Notes: generated from the letters alone by a model not told the origin. 64,000 bases of DNA from an uncultured Alphaproteobacteria bacterium (GCA_944390225.1 CALXPB010000003.1:29905-93904); one strand, 5' to 3'. Positions 39,339-49,265 are shown, counted from the stretch's first letter. Numbers and translations are program-made.

Positions 39339-40265
39339 ATGGCTAGATATGTTTTTATGGCGATTTTCATGACTTTATTCGCACTTAACGCGAACGCAGC
39401 AACCGAAGAAATCGTATATGATAACTTTCAGACTATATATACTGAAACGCCGGTTCAGTCTTATTATGCGTATCCGGACGATCCGAATTTTATACCCGAG
39501 ACAGAATTTATGGAACGCGCTGATAGTCTTGATTATGACCAGAATATAATAAACAAACGCGAATATGAATCTGCACTTCATCCGGGGGTAATGTTTGCAG
39601 ACAGGCCGATGATAATATGCAGAAACTTCGGATGCACGCGGTTAAACGACCGAATAACGCGAACGTTTTTATTTAACAGTCTGGCAAATATGTTCATGAT
39701 GAATCAGCACTCTCGCTTATATATATGCGAGGCGGATCCGTTTTCTCGCGATTGTTTACAGTCGGGTATATCTTTCCCCGTCCGCAGTGGTATTGCAAAC
39801 GCGTTAGTAAAAATACCGAAAGCAACAATTTCTCAGGTTAACGTATCAACGGGGTTATCAAAAGCAACCGTTGGTATGACTTACGAATTTCTGGTAAACG
39901 GGATAGAACAACAGTGTGAACCAACTATTATGGACATTATGGTTCCGATAAATTCTCAGGCCACGTTATCAAACCGCGAGTTTGCCTGCAACATGACCAG
40001 TGACGGTTTAAGCAACGTATCATTGCTGGTAAGCATTGATTACATAGACCTAGATTACGGGATTCTGGGTGGGTATTATTCATTAGGCATGCAGGGACCG
40101 ACAACTGGTGGCGGTACAGGTTATGCGCTGTTCAAGACAGAGTTCACAACTTCCGGTATGCAGTTTCGCGCATCTGTTGATATAGAAGAAGATATTATGG
40201 GTGCAAACAACGCCATGCTGACTATACAGCCTGGTGAATACGCTGTTGAACCGTTACGGAAATAG
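39339..40265 (+). CDS. Secreted hypothetical protein (308 aa)
   Basis: It has a signal peptide (ending LNANAATEE) and lies 56 nt upstream of the response regulator gene on the same strand. No family recognised. Confidence 0.55.
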   Translation: MARYVFMAIFMTLFALNANAATEEIVYDNFQTIYTETPVQSYYAYPDDPNFIPETEFMERADSLDYDQNIINKREYESALHPGVMFADRPMIICRNFGCTRLNDRITRTFLFNSLANMFMMNQHSRLYICEADPFSRDCLQSGISFPVRSGIANALVKIPKATISQVNVSTGLSKATVGMTYEFLVNGIEQQCEPTIMDIMVPINSQATLSNREFACNMTSDGLSNVSLLVSIDYIDLDYGILGGYYSLGMQGPTTGGGTGYALFKTEFTTSGMQFRASVDIEEDIMGANNAMLTIQPGEYAVEPLRK

Positions 40266-40321
40266 TTATTTACCGATGGTTCATAAAGTTTTGAATACTA
40301 GGACACTATATAATATTCATT

Positions 40322-40987
40322 ATGAACAAGACCATTCTTATAATTGACGATGATGATGTACTACGCAGAACTTTGGCGCATGGGTTGCGGAACGAAGAAT
40401 TTGAGGTTCTGACCGCAAGTTCATCGGAAGAGGGTGCAGAGATTCTGAAACGGATAAGTGTTGATGCCGTTATTTTGGACAGGATGATGACGGGTCAAGA
40501 CGGTTTGAGTTTTTTAAAGTCCTTACGAACGTCTGGCAATAAAACACCAGTTATAATGTTAACTGCCATGACGGGTGCTGAAAACGCTATTGATGGTTTA
40601 TCTGGTGGTGCAGACGACTATCTGGCAAAGCCGTTTCAATTAAAGGAACTGATACTACGTTTGAATAATATAATCAGAAAAAACGCCTTACCTGATGAGA
40701 CGAAACTTCCCAAAGGTTTAATATTTGTCGACGACGAGTTTTTCATAAGGAAAGACGATACTTCTGCGCCTAAAATACTGGCTTTATCTGGTGAAGAAAA
40801 GAAATTATTGCAAAATTTGACGAATCCTGTCGGCAACATAGCATCTGCTTCACCGATGGTTGCAAAACGCTTGCGCAGTAAATTAAATGTTGTATTATCA
40901 AACATAGACATAATAACAGTTCGCGGACGAGGGTATAAAATAATATCGAACATACCAGTTTCTGCCGTCGAACAGAACAAGGATTAA
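40322..40987 (+). CDS. OmpR-family response regulator
   Basis: The receiver domain (ILIIDDDD, DAVILDRMMTGQDG, KPF) is followed by a C-terminal winged-helix remnant ending TVRGRGYKI. Confidence 0.85.
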   Translation: MNKTILIIDDDDVLRRTLAHGLRNEEFEVLTASSSEEGAEILKRISVDAVILDRMMTGQDGLSFLKSLRTSGNKTPVIMLTAMTGAENAIDGLSGGADDYLAKPFQLKELILRLNNIIRKNALPDETKLPKGLIFVDDEFFIRKDDTSAPKILALSGEEKKLLQNLTNPVGNIASASPMVAKRLRSKLNVVLSNIDIITVRGRGYKIISNIPVSAVEQNKD

Positions 40988-40989
40988 GA

Positions 40990-42270
40990 ATGAGGCTTAT
41001 ACCCCGCAGTTTTTTATGGCGTACAGTATTAATGATTTTAATTCCGTTAATTATAGCGCAGGTTATAATTGCGAATGTATTTTTCGGTAATCACTGGGCG
41101 CGCGTTCACGCGACTTTGGCTCGTAGTTTGGCTGGCGAGATTGTGACAATGATGAATCTGATGGATAACGGCGAGAAAACCGCTGTTAAGTCTATGGCAA
41201 AAGACATCGGCATAAATATTTCTATAAACTCTAAACTGAACAGACCCAGCAGGAACGATAACGAATCACGAGAAGCAGGTTTATTGGCTTCGGAATTATC
41301 GAATCGATTAAAGCGTCCGGCTCAGATATACATAGACAAGGGGAAACGTTTGGTATTCATTGACGTTCCCACAAGTGAAGGTAAAATTGCTACATTTGGG
41401 ACATCTTTGTACAGAATATATTCGACCAGTACAGAAGTTTTCATAATATGGTTAATTGGGTCTATACTGATTGTATCTATATTGATTACGCCATTTATAA
41501 TAATGCACACTCGCAGCATCAGACGAATAGCCAAGGCGGCGGGGCGTTTTGGTCGTGGTCTGGATGCACCAGGTTTTCAGCCGACGGGGTCAAAAGAAAT
41601 TCGCGAAGCGGCAGCAGCTATGATAACGATGAAAGAACGGTTAAACCGTTATAACAGAACCAGAACGGACATGCTGAACGCAGTGAGTCATGACTTAAAA
41701 GCACCGCTTACGCGCATGCGCCTGGGATTAGAAACGGAATCTGCGTCAAAACAAGACCTTTTAAGAGACATAGATCGCATGACCGAAATGGTAAACGGTT
41801 ATCTGGCGTTTGCGCGCGGTGAAATGCCCGAAATCGAGCAGACGACCGAATTACCGGCTATGTTAATTCGTATTGCGCGCGATGCGGCACCCGATAAAAA
41901 GATAGAGACGAATTTTCCAGATGAACCCGTTCAGTTTTATGCTCGTCCGATGGCTTTGGCGCGGGCATTTGGTAATATAATCGAGAATGCTGCCAGATAC
42001 GCCAAGAAAAAAATACGTATAACAGAAAAAGACTCTGCGGAACAGGTAGAAATCATTATAGAAGACGACGGTCCAGGAATTCCTGACGACAAAAAGCGCG
42101 ATGCGTTGCGCCCGTTTGTAAGACTTGACGAGGCGCGCAGCGAAGAAACCGGTGGTACAGGGTTAGGGTTATCTATTGCCCAGACGGCGATTGAGAACCA
42201 CGGTGGTCAGATGTTTCTGGAAGACAGTGATATGGGCGGTCTACGCGTAAGGATAATATTGCCCTTGTAG
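40990..42270 (+). CDS. EnvZ-like sensor histidine kinase
   Basis: 426-aa ORF with two TM helices, a HAMP-like region, the H-box SHDLKAPLTRM and the G-boxes DDGPGIP and GGTGLGLSIA. Confidence 0.85.
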   Translation: MRLIPRSFLWRTVLMILIPLIIAQVIIANVFFGNHWARVHATLARSLAGEIVTMMNLMDNGEKTAVKSMAKDIGINISINSKLNRPSRNDNESREAGLLASELSNRLKRPAQIYIDKGKRLVFIDVPTSEGKIATFGTSLYRIYSTSTEVFIIWLIGSILIVSILITPFIIMHTRSIRRIAKAAGRFGRGLDAPGFQPTGSKEIREAAAAMITMKERLNRYNRTRTDMLNAVSHDLKAPLTRMRLGLETESASKQDLLRDIDRMTEMVNGYLAFARGEMPEIEQTTELPAMLIRIARDAAPDKKIETNFPDEPVQFYARPMALARAFGNIIENAARYAKKKIRITEKDSAEQVEIIIEDDGPGIPDDKKRDALRPFVRLDEARSEETGGTGLGLSIAQTAIENHGGQMFLEDSDMGGLRVRIILPL

Positions 42271-42479
42271 GTAAAGTTATGAATGCGGTGGTCAAATGGC
42301 ATATTCATATGGCGGGGGCGGAGGTGGCGGCGCAATATATGTAAAGACCTCGTCTTCATATTATGCCAAGGGCGGAGACGGAGGCTCCGGTTCTACTGGG
42401 AAAAGCAATACATCCTTTCTGCGAATTTACAAAATGTAATCTTGCTTTGTACGGTAATATGATACCATATCAAAAATTC

Positions 42480-42508
42480 TTGACTTTTCTGGCAGGTTGA
42501 GACATAAT
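42480..42508 (+). promoter_or_regulatory. Putative sigma70-type promoter of rplM-rpsI
   Basis: TTGACT, a 17-nt spacer, then CATAAT, about 30 nt upstream of the rplM ATG. Confidence 0.5.
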
Positions 42509-42538
42509 TGTCTCGCAAAAAATAAAAAAGGTAAAATT

Positions 42539-43012
42539 ATGACAGCGACAAAATCGTTAAAAAAATGCGAACTGGATGCCAAATGGTATCTAATCGACGC
42601 AACAAATTGCACGCTGGGACGTTTGGCGGCGTATACCGCAAACATTCTGCGTGGGAAACATAAACCTACTTGGACACCGAATATGGATTGCGGGGATCAT
42701 GTAATCATCATAAACGCAGACAAAATTGCTTTATCCGGGAAAAAAGCCGATAAAACAAAGTTCTTTTGGCACTCTTTGTGGACCGGAAGTATAAAAGAAC
42801 GTACTTTGGGGCAAATGCGTCAAGAAAAACCAGAAAAATTGGTCTTTAACGCAGTAAAACGTATGATGGGTCGTCGTACATCGGTCGCATTAGCAGATAA
42901 AAGATTGAAAAAACTTCACGTATATGCCGGCGCAGAACATAAACACGAAGCACAAAATCCTATCGTGATAGATTTCGCCGGACTGAACAACAAAAATAAA
43001 AGGGGCGAATAA
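42539..43012 (+). CDS. rplM: 50S ribosomal protein L13
   Basis: The ATG at 42539 gives [28 protein letters not shown], canonical L13. The upstream extension in the track ORF is unlikely to be real. Confidence 0.93.
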   Translation: MTATKSLKKCELDAKWYLIDATNCTLGRLAAYTANILRGKHKPTWTPNMDCGDHVIIINADKIALSGKKADKTKFFWHSLWTGSIKERTLGQMRQEKPEKLVFNAVKRMMGRRTSVALADKRLKKLHVYAGAEHKHEAQNPIVIDFAGLNNKNKRGE

Positions 43013-43503
43013 TGACAGAAACAAAAAAAACTGCAACAAAAAAAGTAGCAAAAACTACTAAGAAAGCAGCCCCCGCAAAAACCGCTACAAAAAAAGCAGT
43101 TGCAGAGGTAAAATTATCTAACGCAACTTACGCAACCGGAAAACGTAAAGACTCTGTCGCACGCGTTTATATGATGGCGGGTAAGGGAAACATTATCGTT
43201 AACGGAACACCAGTAAAAGAATACTTCCGTCGCCCAGTTTTGCAAATGATTATTGACCAACCGTTCGGTATAACTAAACGCGAAGGCGCATATGATATCG
43301 TTGCAATCGTAACTGGTGGCGGTCTGTCCGGTCAGGCAGGCGCAGTAAAACACGGTATCGCCAAAGCACTGGAAAAAGCAGAACCAGAATTACGCAAGGC
43401 ACTGAAAGAAGCAGGATTCTTGACACGCGATAGCCGTGTTGTAGAACGTAAGCACTTCGGTCGCCACAAGGCACGTCGTTCAACACAGTTCAGCAAACGT
43501 TAA
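43012..43503 (+). CDS. rpsI: 30S ribosomal protein S9 with a Lys/Ala/Thr-rich N-terminal extension
   Basis: The C-terminus [19 protein letters not shown]...[18 protein letters not shown] is canonical S9. About 30 extra basic residues sit at the N-terminus. Confidence 0.95.
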   Translation: MTETKKTATKKVAKTTKKAAPAKTATKKAVAEVKLSNATYATGKRKDSVARVYMMAGKGNIIVNGTPVKEYFRRPVLQMIIDQPFGITKREGAYDIVAIVTGGGLSGQAGAVKHGIAKALEKAEPELRKALKEAGFLTRDSRVVERKHFGRHKARRSTQFSKR

Positions 43504-43505
43504 TA

Positions 43506-43533
43506 AAATCCACCCAATGCGGTGGATTTTTTC
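43506..43533 (+). terminator. Terminator after rpsI
   Basis: Hairpin aatccacc-caatgc-ggtggatt followed by a T-run. Confidence 0.7.
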
Positions 43534-43611
43534 TTATAATGAAATTGTCTGTTGCGTTTACAAAAAATCTGTGTATAATCATTCAGCAATTCATACGTTT
43601 AGAGGATAAAA

Positions 43612-44922
43612 ATGTTCAAAAAAGAAAAAATCAAAGATTTACACTATTCAATAAATGGTACTCTTTCTGCCACAGATTTGCAGAAGGTCGCCGATGAAAT
43701 TCTGACAGAATACGGGAAAAAAGCAAAAATGCCGGGATTCCGCCCAGGTCATATTCCGCTGTCGGTACTGCGCCAAAAATATAATGCAAGCGCATACGGT
43801 GAGGCAGTCGATAAACTTATGAATAAAGATTTAAACGACTATATCGAAGAAAAGAAAATCCGCTTGGCAGGAACACCAAAAGCAGACCTGAACGGATGGG
43901 AAATCGGAAAAGATGTAGACTACTCGATGGAGTTTGACATACTTCCAACTTTACCTGACATAGATTTAACAAAGTTTTCGGTCGTAAAAAAAACGACTAA
44001 ACTAGATGAAGAAGAAGTTGAAAAATCTCTGGAAAACATCCGCAAAAGCCGTAGCGTTGCAGAAAAACAAGATGATAAATATACCGCTCAAAACGGTGAT
44101 ACTGCGGTAATAGACTTCAAAGGTTTCTTGGGAGATAACGCTTTCGAAGGTGGCTCGGCAGAAAAACATCATCTGATACTGGGGTCGGGCGCATTTATCC
44201 CGGGATTTGAAGATCAAATAATCGGTCATAAAACCGGCGAAGAATTTGACGTCAATGTGAAATTTCCAAAAGATTATCACGCAGAAAACTTGGCAGGAAA
44301 AAACGCTAGGTTCGCAGTAAAAATTCACGAAATTCGTAAACATATTCTACCAGAACTGAATGACGAATTGGCGAAAGCAGTCGGACAAGAAAACTTAAAT
44401 GCTTTACGCGAACATATACGAAAAATATTGAACGAGCAATACGACGAAGCCGCAAAACGAGAAATGCGCAATGAACTGTTGGATCAATTGGCAGAAAAAA
44501 TAAAACTGGATTTACCTGAAACTCTTGTTGAACAAGAATACAATATGGCAAAGCAAGAACATGACCAGCAACACGCAAACTGCGCAAACGATTGTGGCAA
44601 CGAACATAAATGGGACGAAAAGAAAGAACGTAAAGACGCAGAACGTCGCGTAAAACTGGGACTGATTTTAGCAGAATGGGGTACACAAAATAAAGTCGAG
44701 GTTTCTCGCGATGACTTACAACAAGCAATCTGGGCAGAAGCCGCAAGATACCCAGATCCTAAACAGGTGTTTGAATTTTATAATAAAAATCAAAACGCTT
44801 TGGCAATGTTGCGCGGAATGATTTTTGAACGGAAAGCCTTAGACGCAATGATAAGCCATGTAAAAGTAAAAGAAAAAAGCGTCAAACCAGAAGAATTATT
44901 CCAACAGGCAAACGTTAGATAA
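43612..44922 (+). CDS. tig: Trigger factor
   Basis: 436-aa ORF with GFRPGHIPLSVLRQKYG, an FKBP-type middle domain and a helical C-terminal domain. Confidence 0.92.
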   Translation: MFKKEKIKDLHYSINGTLSATDLQKVADEILTEYGKKAKMPGFRPGHIPLSVLRQKYNASAYGEAVDKLMNKDLNDYIEEKKIRLAGTPKADLNGWEIGKDVDYSMEFDILPTLPDIDLTKFSVVKKTTKLDEEEVEKSLENIRKSRSVAEKQDDKYTAQNGDTAVIDFKGFLGDNAFEGGSAEKHHLILGSGAFIPGFEDQIIGHKTGEEFDVNVKFPKDYHAENLAGKNARFAVKIHEIRKHILPELNDELAKAVGQENLNALREHIRKILNEQYDEAAKREMRNELLDQLAEKIKLDLPETLVEQEYNMAKQEHDQQHANCANDCGNEHKWDEKKERKDAERRVKLGLILAEWGTQNKVEVSRDDLQQAIWAEAARYPDPKQVFEFYNKNQNALAMLRGMIFERKALDAMISHVKVKEKSVKPEELFQQANVR

Positions 44923-44942
44923 TTAAAACTCTGACTTAATAA

Positions 44943-44975
44943 AAACGGGTATGACTGAACATACCCGTTTTTTTA
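44943..44975 (+). terminator. Terminator after tig
   Basis: Hairpin acgggtat/atacccgt followed by TTTTTTT. Confidence 0.75.
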
Positions 44976-45087
44976 CTGCTATAAAAATAGGAATTTTTTT
45001 TATCTTGCTTTTCCTTTTTTCCTGTTGCAACATATTATTAGCGTTAAAGGTACACTGCAACGCACAACTGAAAGAAGGAGACTTTAT

Positions 45088-45651
45088 ATGAAAAAAGTAT
45101 TATTAACATCTTTTGTTGGTATGCTGGCCGTATCTGCCGCATCTGCAATGACATTGGCACCTTATGCTGCAATCCGCGGTGGTTATAATATGACAAATGT
45201 ATCAAACGAACATGAAGACTTGGACGGTAACGGTTTTGTTCTGGGTGCAGGTCTTGGTTTAGAATTATACAGCGACACAATGTTCGGAATTCGTGCTGAA
45301 GTAGAATATAATTATGTTACCGCTGATGTTGACAGTGCAGACGCAAAAAACAGTACAGTTTTAGCAAACTTTTTTGCTGATATAAAAACAGATACGATAA
45401 TCACACCGTACGTCGGTCTGGGTATAGGTTATGGTTGGACTACAATAGATGACGGTGAAAAAATTGATGACAGCAATATGGCATGGCAACTGGGTGCAGG
45501 TATCACATACAGAGCGATGGAAAACTTTATGTTAGATCTAGGATACAGATATCTGAACAGCACCACATTTACAATCGAAAGCCCTGCCGGCAATGTCGAT
45601 TTAGATATATCTTCACATCAGATTTATCTTGGTGCAAGGCTTGCATTCTAA
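45088..45651 (+). CDS. Outer membrane beta-barrel protein (small Omp25/OmpW-like porin family)
   Basis: The ATG at 45088 follows an AAGGAG SD. It has a signal peptide (ending SAASAMT), alternating beta-strand patterns and a terminal Phe (ARLAF). Confidence 0.75.
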   Translation: MKKVLLTSFVGMLAVSAASAMTLAPYAAIRGGYNMTNVSNEHEDLDGNGFVLGAGLGLELYSDTMFGIRAEVEYNYVTADVDSADAKNSTVLANFFADIKTDTIITPYVGLGIGYGWTTIDDGEKIDDSNMAWQLGAGITYRAMENFMLDLGYRYLNSTTFTIESPAGNVDLDISSHQIYLGARLAF

Positions 45652-45667
45652 ATTTATCGGATGATAT

Positions 45668-45699
45668 AAAAAAAGCGCCTTTCACAAGGTGCTTTTTTA
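45668..45699. terminator. Bidirectional terminator between the OMP gene and the 142-aa gene
   Basis: Hairpin agcgcctt/aaggtgct (one G-U pair) with A- and T-runs. Confidence 0.65.
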
Positions 45700-45702
45700 G
45701 AT

Positions 45703-46131
45703 TTATTTCTCGATAAGTCTTTGTTTTCTAAGGGTCTCAAAATTTTTCTTTCTGATATCTTCCATTTTTTTTGCTTCCATTTTTCTTTTTTCTGATTTTG
45801 CACCAGATGCCGCGCCCGCCAGCCCAAACAACAAAATCGCACCATAAGTAGCATACGGAGACGCTAAATAAGGTCTTGGCTCGTAATCATCGTACATATA
45901 AAGTTTCGGATTAAGCATGTAATGTTTATGAGAATCTGGCGTTTTAAAACTATACGCAGTTTCAAACCTGTTTTTCAAAGAATAATTACTTAAATCGGCA
46001 TTTCCCATATACCTAAAAACATGTACACCCAGCCCAAGAATAGGTATCGCCACAGCAGAAAAAGCCGCTGTTTTAACTCCTCTTATAACAGCAATTTTCC
46101 CGATTTTCAAAGAATCTTTCAAAGAATACAT
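45703..46131 (-). CDS. Hypothetical membrane protein (142 aa)
   Basis: It has two hydrophobic segments and a Lys-rich C-terminus. No family recognised. Confidence 0.45.
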   Translation of the reverse strand: MYSLKDSLKIGKIAVIRGVKTAAFSAVAIPILGLGVHVFRYMGNADLSNYSLKNRFETAYSFKTPDSHKHYMLNPKLYMYDDYEPRPYLASPYATYGAILLFGLAGAASGAKSEKRKMEAKKMEDIRKKNFETLRKQRLIEK

Positions 46132-46353
46132 TTCGTTTACCTCTTTTTGCTCTTATGGGAAAACATAATAACACATTTATTCACTTTGTCAATTTTTTAT
46201 AAAAATATTTATAAACTCTTGCTTTTTCAAAAAAATTAACATAAAATACACTCGATTTTGCGGGTGGGCGCATCATCAATCCGATTAACCCCACAAGACC
46301 TCGCAGTTTCAAAATACAACCAGCGACGGCAAACTTTGTATGAAACTTATCTA

Positions 46354-48042
46354 ATGAAAGATTTATCCAAAGATTTATTTAATCCTATATCCGGTGAAGA
46401 TTTTGTCCAGATGTTCGATCAGAACTATGGTTCACAAGAAACTTTACAGGGATATGCGACAAAAGGTACCGTAAAAGATATACGTGGCGACTTTGCCATG
46501 GTTGACGTCGGTTTAAAATCAGAAGGCCGCATTCCATTAAAAGAGTTCGGTGCATCCGTTCCATCTGTTGGTGATATCATTGACGTTTTTGTTGAACGTT
46601 ATGAATCTCGTGAAGGGACAGCCGTTTTATCTTATACCAAGGCTCGCGCTGAGAAAGCATGGAAAGAATTGGAAAAAACTGTTGCCGAAGGTGTTGACCC
46701 CGAAGGAACAATTATTGATGTCGTTCGTGGAGGCTATACAGTTGATATCAATGGCGTATTTGCATTTATGCCTTCTTCACAGGTTGATCATAAGCCTGTT
46801 CGCGATGCAAAATCTTTAATTGGTTTGAAAGATAAATTCCGCGTATTAAAGATGGATGCATTACGTACTAACGCAATTGTCTCTCGTCGTGCGGTTCAGG
46901 CTGATACAATTGCGGCGGCTCAGAAAGAAGCAATGAAAAACATTGAACTGGGCGCGGTAATCGAAGGAACTGTAAAAAACATTACAGACTATGGCGTATT
47001 CATTGATTTAGGTGGTATTGACGGGCTTTTGCACGTAACAGACTTATCATGGAAGCGCATAAATCATCCACGTGAATTGGTACACGTAGGTCAGAAAATT
47101 AAAGTCAAAGTTATACAATTTGATCCTGAATCTCATCGTATTTCTTTGGGTGCGAAACAACTGGAAGAAGATCCTTGGGAAAATGCGTCACGCGCATTTA
47201 ATGTTGGCGACACTGTGACCGGTAAAGTTTCCTCTTTAACAGACTATGGTGCATTTGTCGACTTAGGAAATAATATTGAAGGTCTTGTCCACATGTCCGA
47301 ATTATCTTGGACTAACAAGAACATACACCCAAGCAAAGTACTGCAAAACGGTCAAGAGATAAACGTTGTCGTATTAGGTATTGATCAAGACAAACGTCGC
47401 ATTTCTTTGGGTTATAAACAATTACAACCGAACCCATGGAAAGAATTTGCAGAAACTCATAACGTCGGTGATGTAGTAACGGGCCCGATCAAAAATACAA
47501 CTGAATTCGGTTTATTTGTTGCTTTAACACCCGATTTAGATGGTATGGTACACATATCTGACTTATCGTGGAACAAACTGGACGAAGAAGAATTAAAGAA
47601 GTTCGTTCGCGGGCAAGAAGTAACCGCAAAAATTCTGGATATCAACCCAGAAAAAGAACGGATTACTTTGGGCATAAAACAGTTGACCGAAGGTGCAGAC
47701 AATAACGCAGCATCTCTTAAAAAGGGAGCAGTTGTATCTGGTACAGTCTCAGAGATAACACCCGATGAATTGATTTTGGAATTACCGAACAATATCAAAG
47801 GTATAATTCGTCGCACAGACTTGTCTCGTGAGAAATCGGAACAAGACACTGGCAGATTTAACGTGGGTGATACAGTAGAAGCATCTGTTGTTTCTGTTGA
47901 AGAAAACACGGTAAAACTGTCAATCCGTGCACTGCAAGTAACGCTGGAAAAGCAAGCAGTAAAAGAATACGCTAACCAAGCAGACAGCGGATCTGTACTG
48001 GGTGACATTCTGGGTGCCGCAATTGAAAACAGTAAAAAATAA
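46354..48042 (+). CDS. rpsA: 30S ribosomal protein S1
   Basis: I prefer the ATG at 46354. Six S1/OB repeats are present (for example GTVKNITDYGVFIDLGGIDGLLHVTDLSW). Confidence 0.93.
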   Translation: MKDLSKDLFNPISGEDFVQMFDQNYGSQETLQGYATKGTVKDIRGDFAMVDVGLKSEGRIPLKEFGASVPSVGDIIDVFVERYESREGTAVLSYTKARAEKAWKELEKTVAEGVDPEGTIIDVVRGGYTVDINGVFAFMPSSQVDHKPVRDAKSLIGLKDKFRVLKMDALRTNAIVSRRAVQADTIAAAQKEAMKNIELGAVIEGTVKNITDYGVFIDLGGIDGLLHVTDLSWKRINHPRELVHVGQKIKVKVIQFDPESHRISLGAKQLEEDPWENASRAFNVGDTVTGKVSSLTDYGAFVDLGNNIEGLVHMSELSWTNKNIHPSKVLQNGQEINVVVLGIDQDKRRISLGYKQLQPNPWKEFAETHNVGDVVTGPIKNTTEFGLFVALTPDLDGMVHISDLSWNKLDEEELKKFVRGQEVTAKILDINPEKERITLGIKQLTEGADNNAASLKKGAVVSGTVSEITPDELILELPNNIKGIIRRTDLSREKSEQDTGRFNVGDTVEASVVSVEENTVKLSIRALQVTLEKQAVKEYANQADSGSVLGDILGAAIENSKK

Positions 48043-48063
48043 AAAGGACTTGTTTTCTAATAG

Positions 48064-48101
48064 AAAGAATCCGATGAAACGCTTGTCGGATTCTTTTTTT
48101 T
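48064..48101 (+). terminator. Terminator after rpsA
   Basis: Hairpin gaatccga/tcggattc followed by TTTTTTTT. Confidence 0.75.
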
Positions 48102-48147
48102 AATGTATAATTCAAAAAAATATAATAAAAAAGGGAAAGGGTAAAAA

Positions 48148-48708
48148 ATGAAACCTAAAATGCTTGTATTAATGGGCGGTCAAGGCGTAGGCAAGGGCAC
48201 ATTTTCTCAAATGTTAAAAGAACTGCACGACTACGTTCATATAGAGATTGGGGGAATACTTAGGTCGCTACCGAAAGATTCTGAAATTTCTCGGATAATG
48301 GCCAAAGGTGAACTTGTCCCTGACGAAAAAATACTGGAAATAATAAAGTCTAACATACCGGATAAAAGCGATAAAGATGTGATTTTGGACGGGTTCCCCA
48401 GAACCATGCAACAGGCTCGGTGGTTAGTTGAAAATTACGCCAAAATTTTTGATATTCATGTAATATATTTGGACGTTCCAGAGGAAGTAATGGTTGCAAG
48501 AATACAAAAAAGAATTCGTGAAGGAGGCGGTCGTCAAGATGACGCAAACGAACAAACAATAAAAAATAGGCTTACTAATTTCTGGGAAACGACCGTACCT
48601 GTAATAAAATGGCTTAGTACCGTAAAAGAAATAAAATTTTCGGATATCGATGTAACAAGTGAAGTAAATGAAAATTTTAAAAGAATACGAAATGCCTTAG
48701 AAATTTAG
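48148..48708 (+). CDS. adk: Adenylate kinase (short-LID type)
   Basis: 186-aa ORF with P-loop GGQGVGKGT and ILDGFPRTMQQARWL. Confidence 0.85.
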   Translation: MKPKMLVLMGGQGVGKGTFSQMLKELHDYVHIEIGGILRSLPKDSEISRIMAKGELVPDEKILEIIKSNIPDKSDKDVILDGFPRTMQQARWLVENYAKIFDIHVIYLDVPEEVMVARIQKRIREGGGRQDDANEQTIKNRLTNFWETTVPVIKWLSTVKEIKFSDIDVTSEVNENFKRIRNALEI

Positions 48709-48737
48709 AAAGCGCCTTGGTAAAAGGCGCTTTTTTT
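48709..48737. terminator. Bidirectional terminator between adk and the Nudix gene
   Basis: Hairpin gcgcctt/aaggcgc with A- and T-runs. Confidence 0.7.
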
Positions 48738-49147
48738 CATCCTAGTCTTTGCTTCGTTTTAAAAAAGTTCTGTACCGGCAAGAATAAATTACTCGGCAGA
48801 AAACCAACGTCATACACGCCCCATTTTTTATTTTTCTTTAACAAAGGCTCCAATAATTTATCATTACTGATATCTATTCTACAATGGATTGTTAAATGAT
48901 GTTTACCTTCGTCTGAAAAAACATCGTTTGTAAAGCCTAAAACTCTTATTTTTTCTGAATTTATTTTAACTCCGATTGTCTGATTAAAAATTCTAGATGC
49001 AGATTCTTCAACACTCTCGCCGAATTTAATAGAGCCCCCAAGAGTTTTCCATACAAACATATTCTGACTTAATTTTACCGACTCTAATAATAACTTATTT
49101 TTAGAATTAAAAATGAAAATTGATACATTTGTTTTAATTGTTTTCAT
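48737..49147 (-). CDS. Nudix-fold protein with a degenerate Nudix box
   Basis: 136-aa ORF. The sequence GSIKFGESVEESASRIFNQTIGV fits the Gx5Ex7R...GU spacing, but REUxEE reads RIFNQT. Confidence 0.7.
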   Translation of the reverse strand: MKTIKTNVSIFIFNSKNKLLLESVKLSQNMFVWKTLGGSIKFGESVEESASRIFNQTIGVKINSEKIRVLGFTNDVFSDEGKHHLTIHCRIDISNDKLLEPLLKKNKKWGVYDVGFLPSNLFLPVQNFFKTKQRLG

Positions 49148-49265
49148 ATTTACATACCTTAATTATTAAGGTAATTGTTCCATAAAAAATCAAGTTTTCA
49201 AGGAATATAAACGCATATTTTATAGCAAAATAATATGATAAAATTTCATATAAAAAGGCTTCATT

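Noticed and set aside
42427-42645. A 72-aa minus-strand ORF across the rplM promoter and 5' end.
   Set aside because: It is antisense to the L13 start and promoter and has no SD. Its hydrophobic, odd composition is typical of shadow ORFs.
43532-43546. An identical 15-mer, tcttataatgaaatt, occurs at 43532-43546 and at 57910-57924. I considered a shared regulatory element.
   Set aside because: In an AT-rich 64-kb window a single 15-mer coincidence is plausible by chance. The contexts differ: one follows the rpsI terminator upstream of tig, the other lies in the spacer of minus-strand tRNAs. In the second case it sits within the spacer of a candidate minus-strand promoter.
48148-48708. The gene downstream of rpsA could be cytidylate kinase (cmk), which usually neighbours rpsA.
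   Set aside because: The sequence has the adenylate kinase signature ILDGFPRT and an Adk-like layout, and it lies downstream rather than upstream of rpsA. It is called adk.
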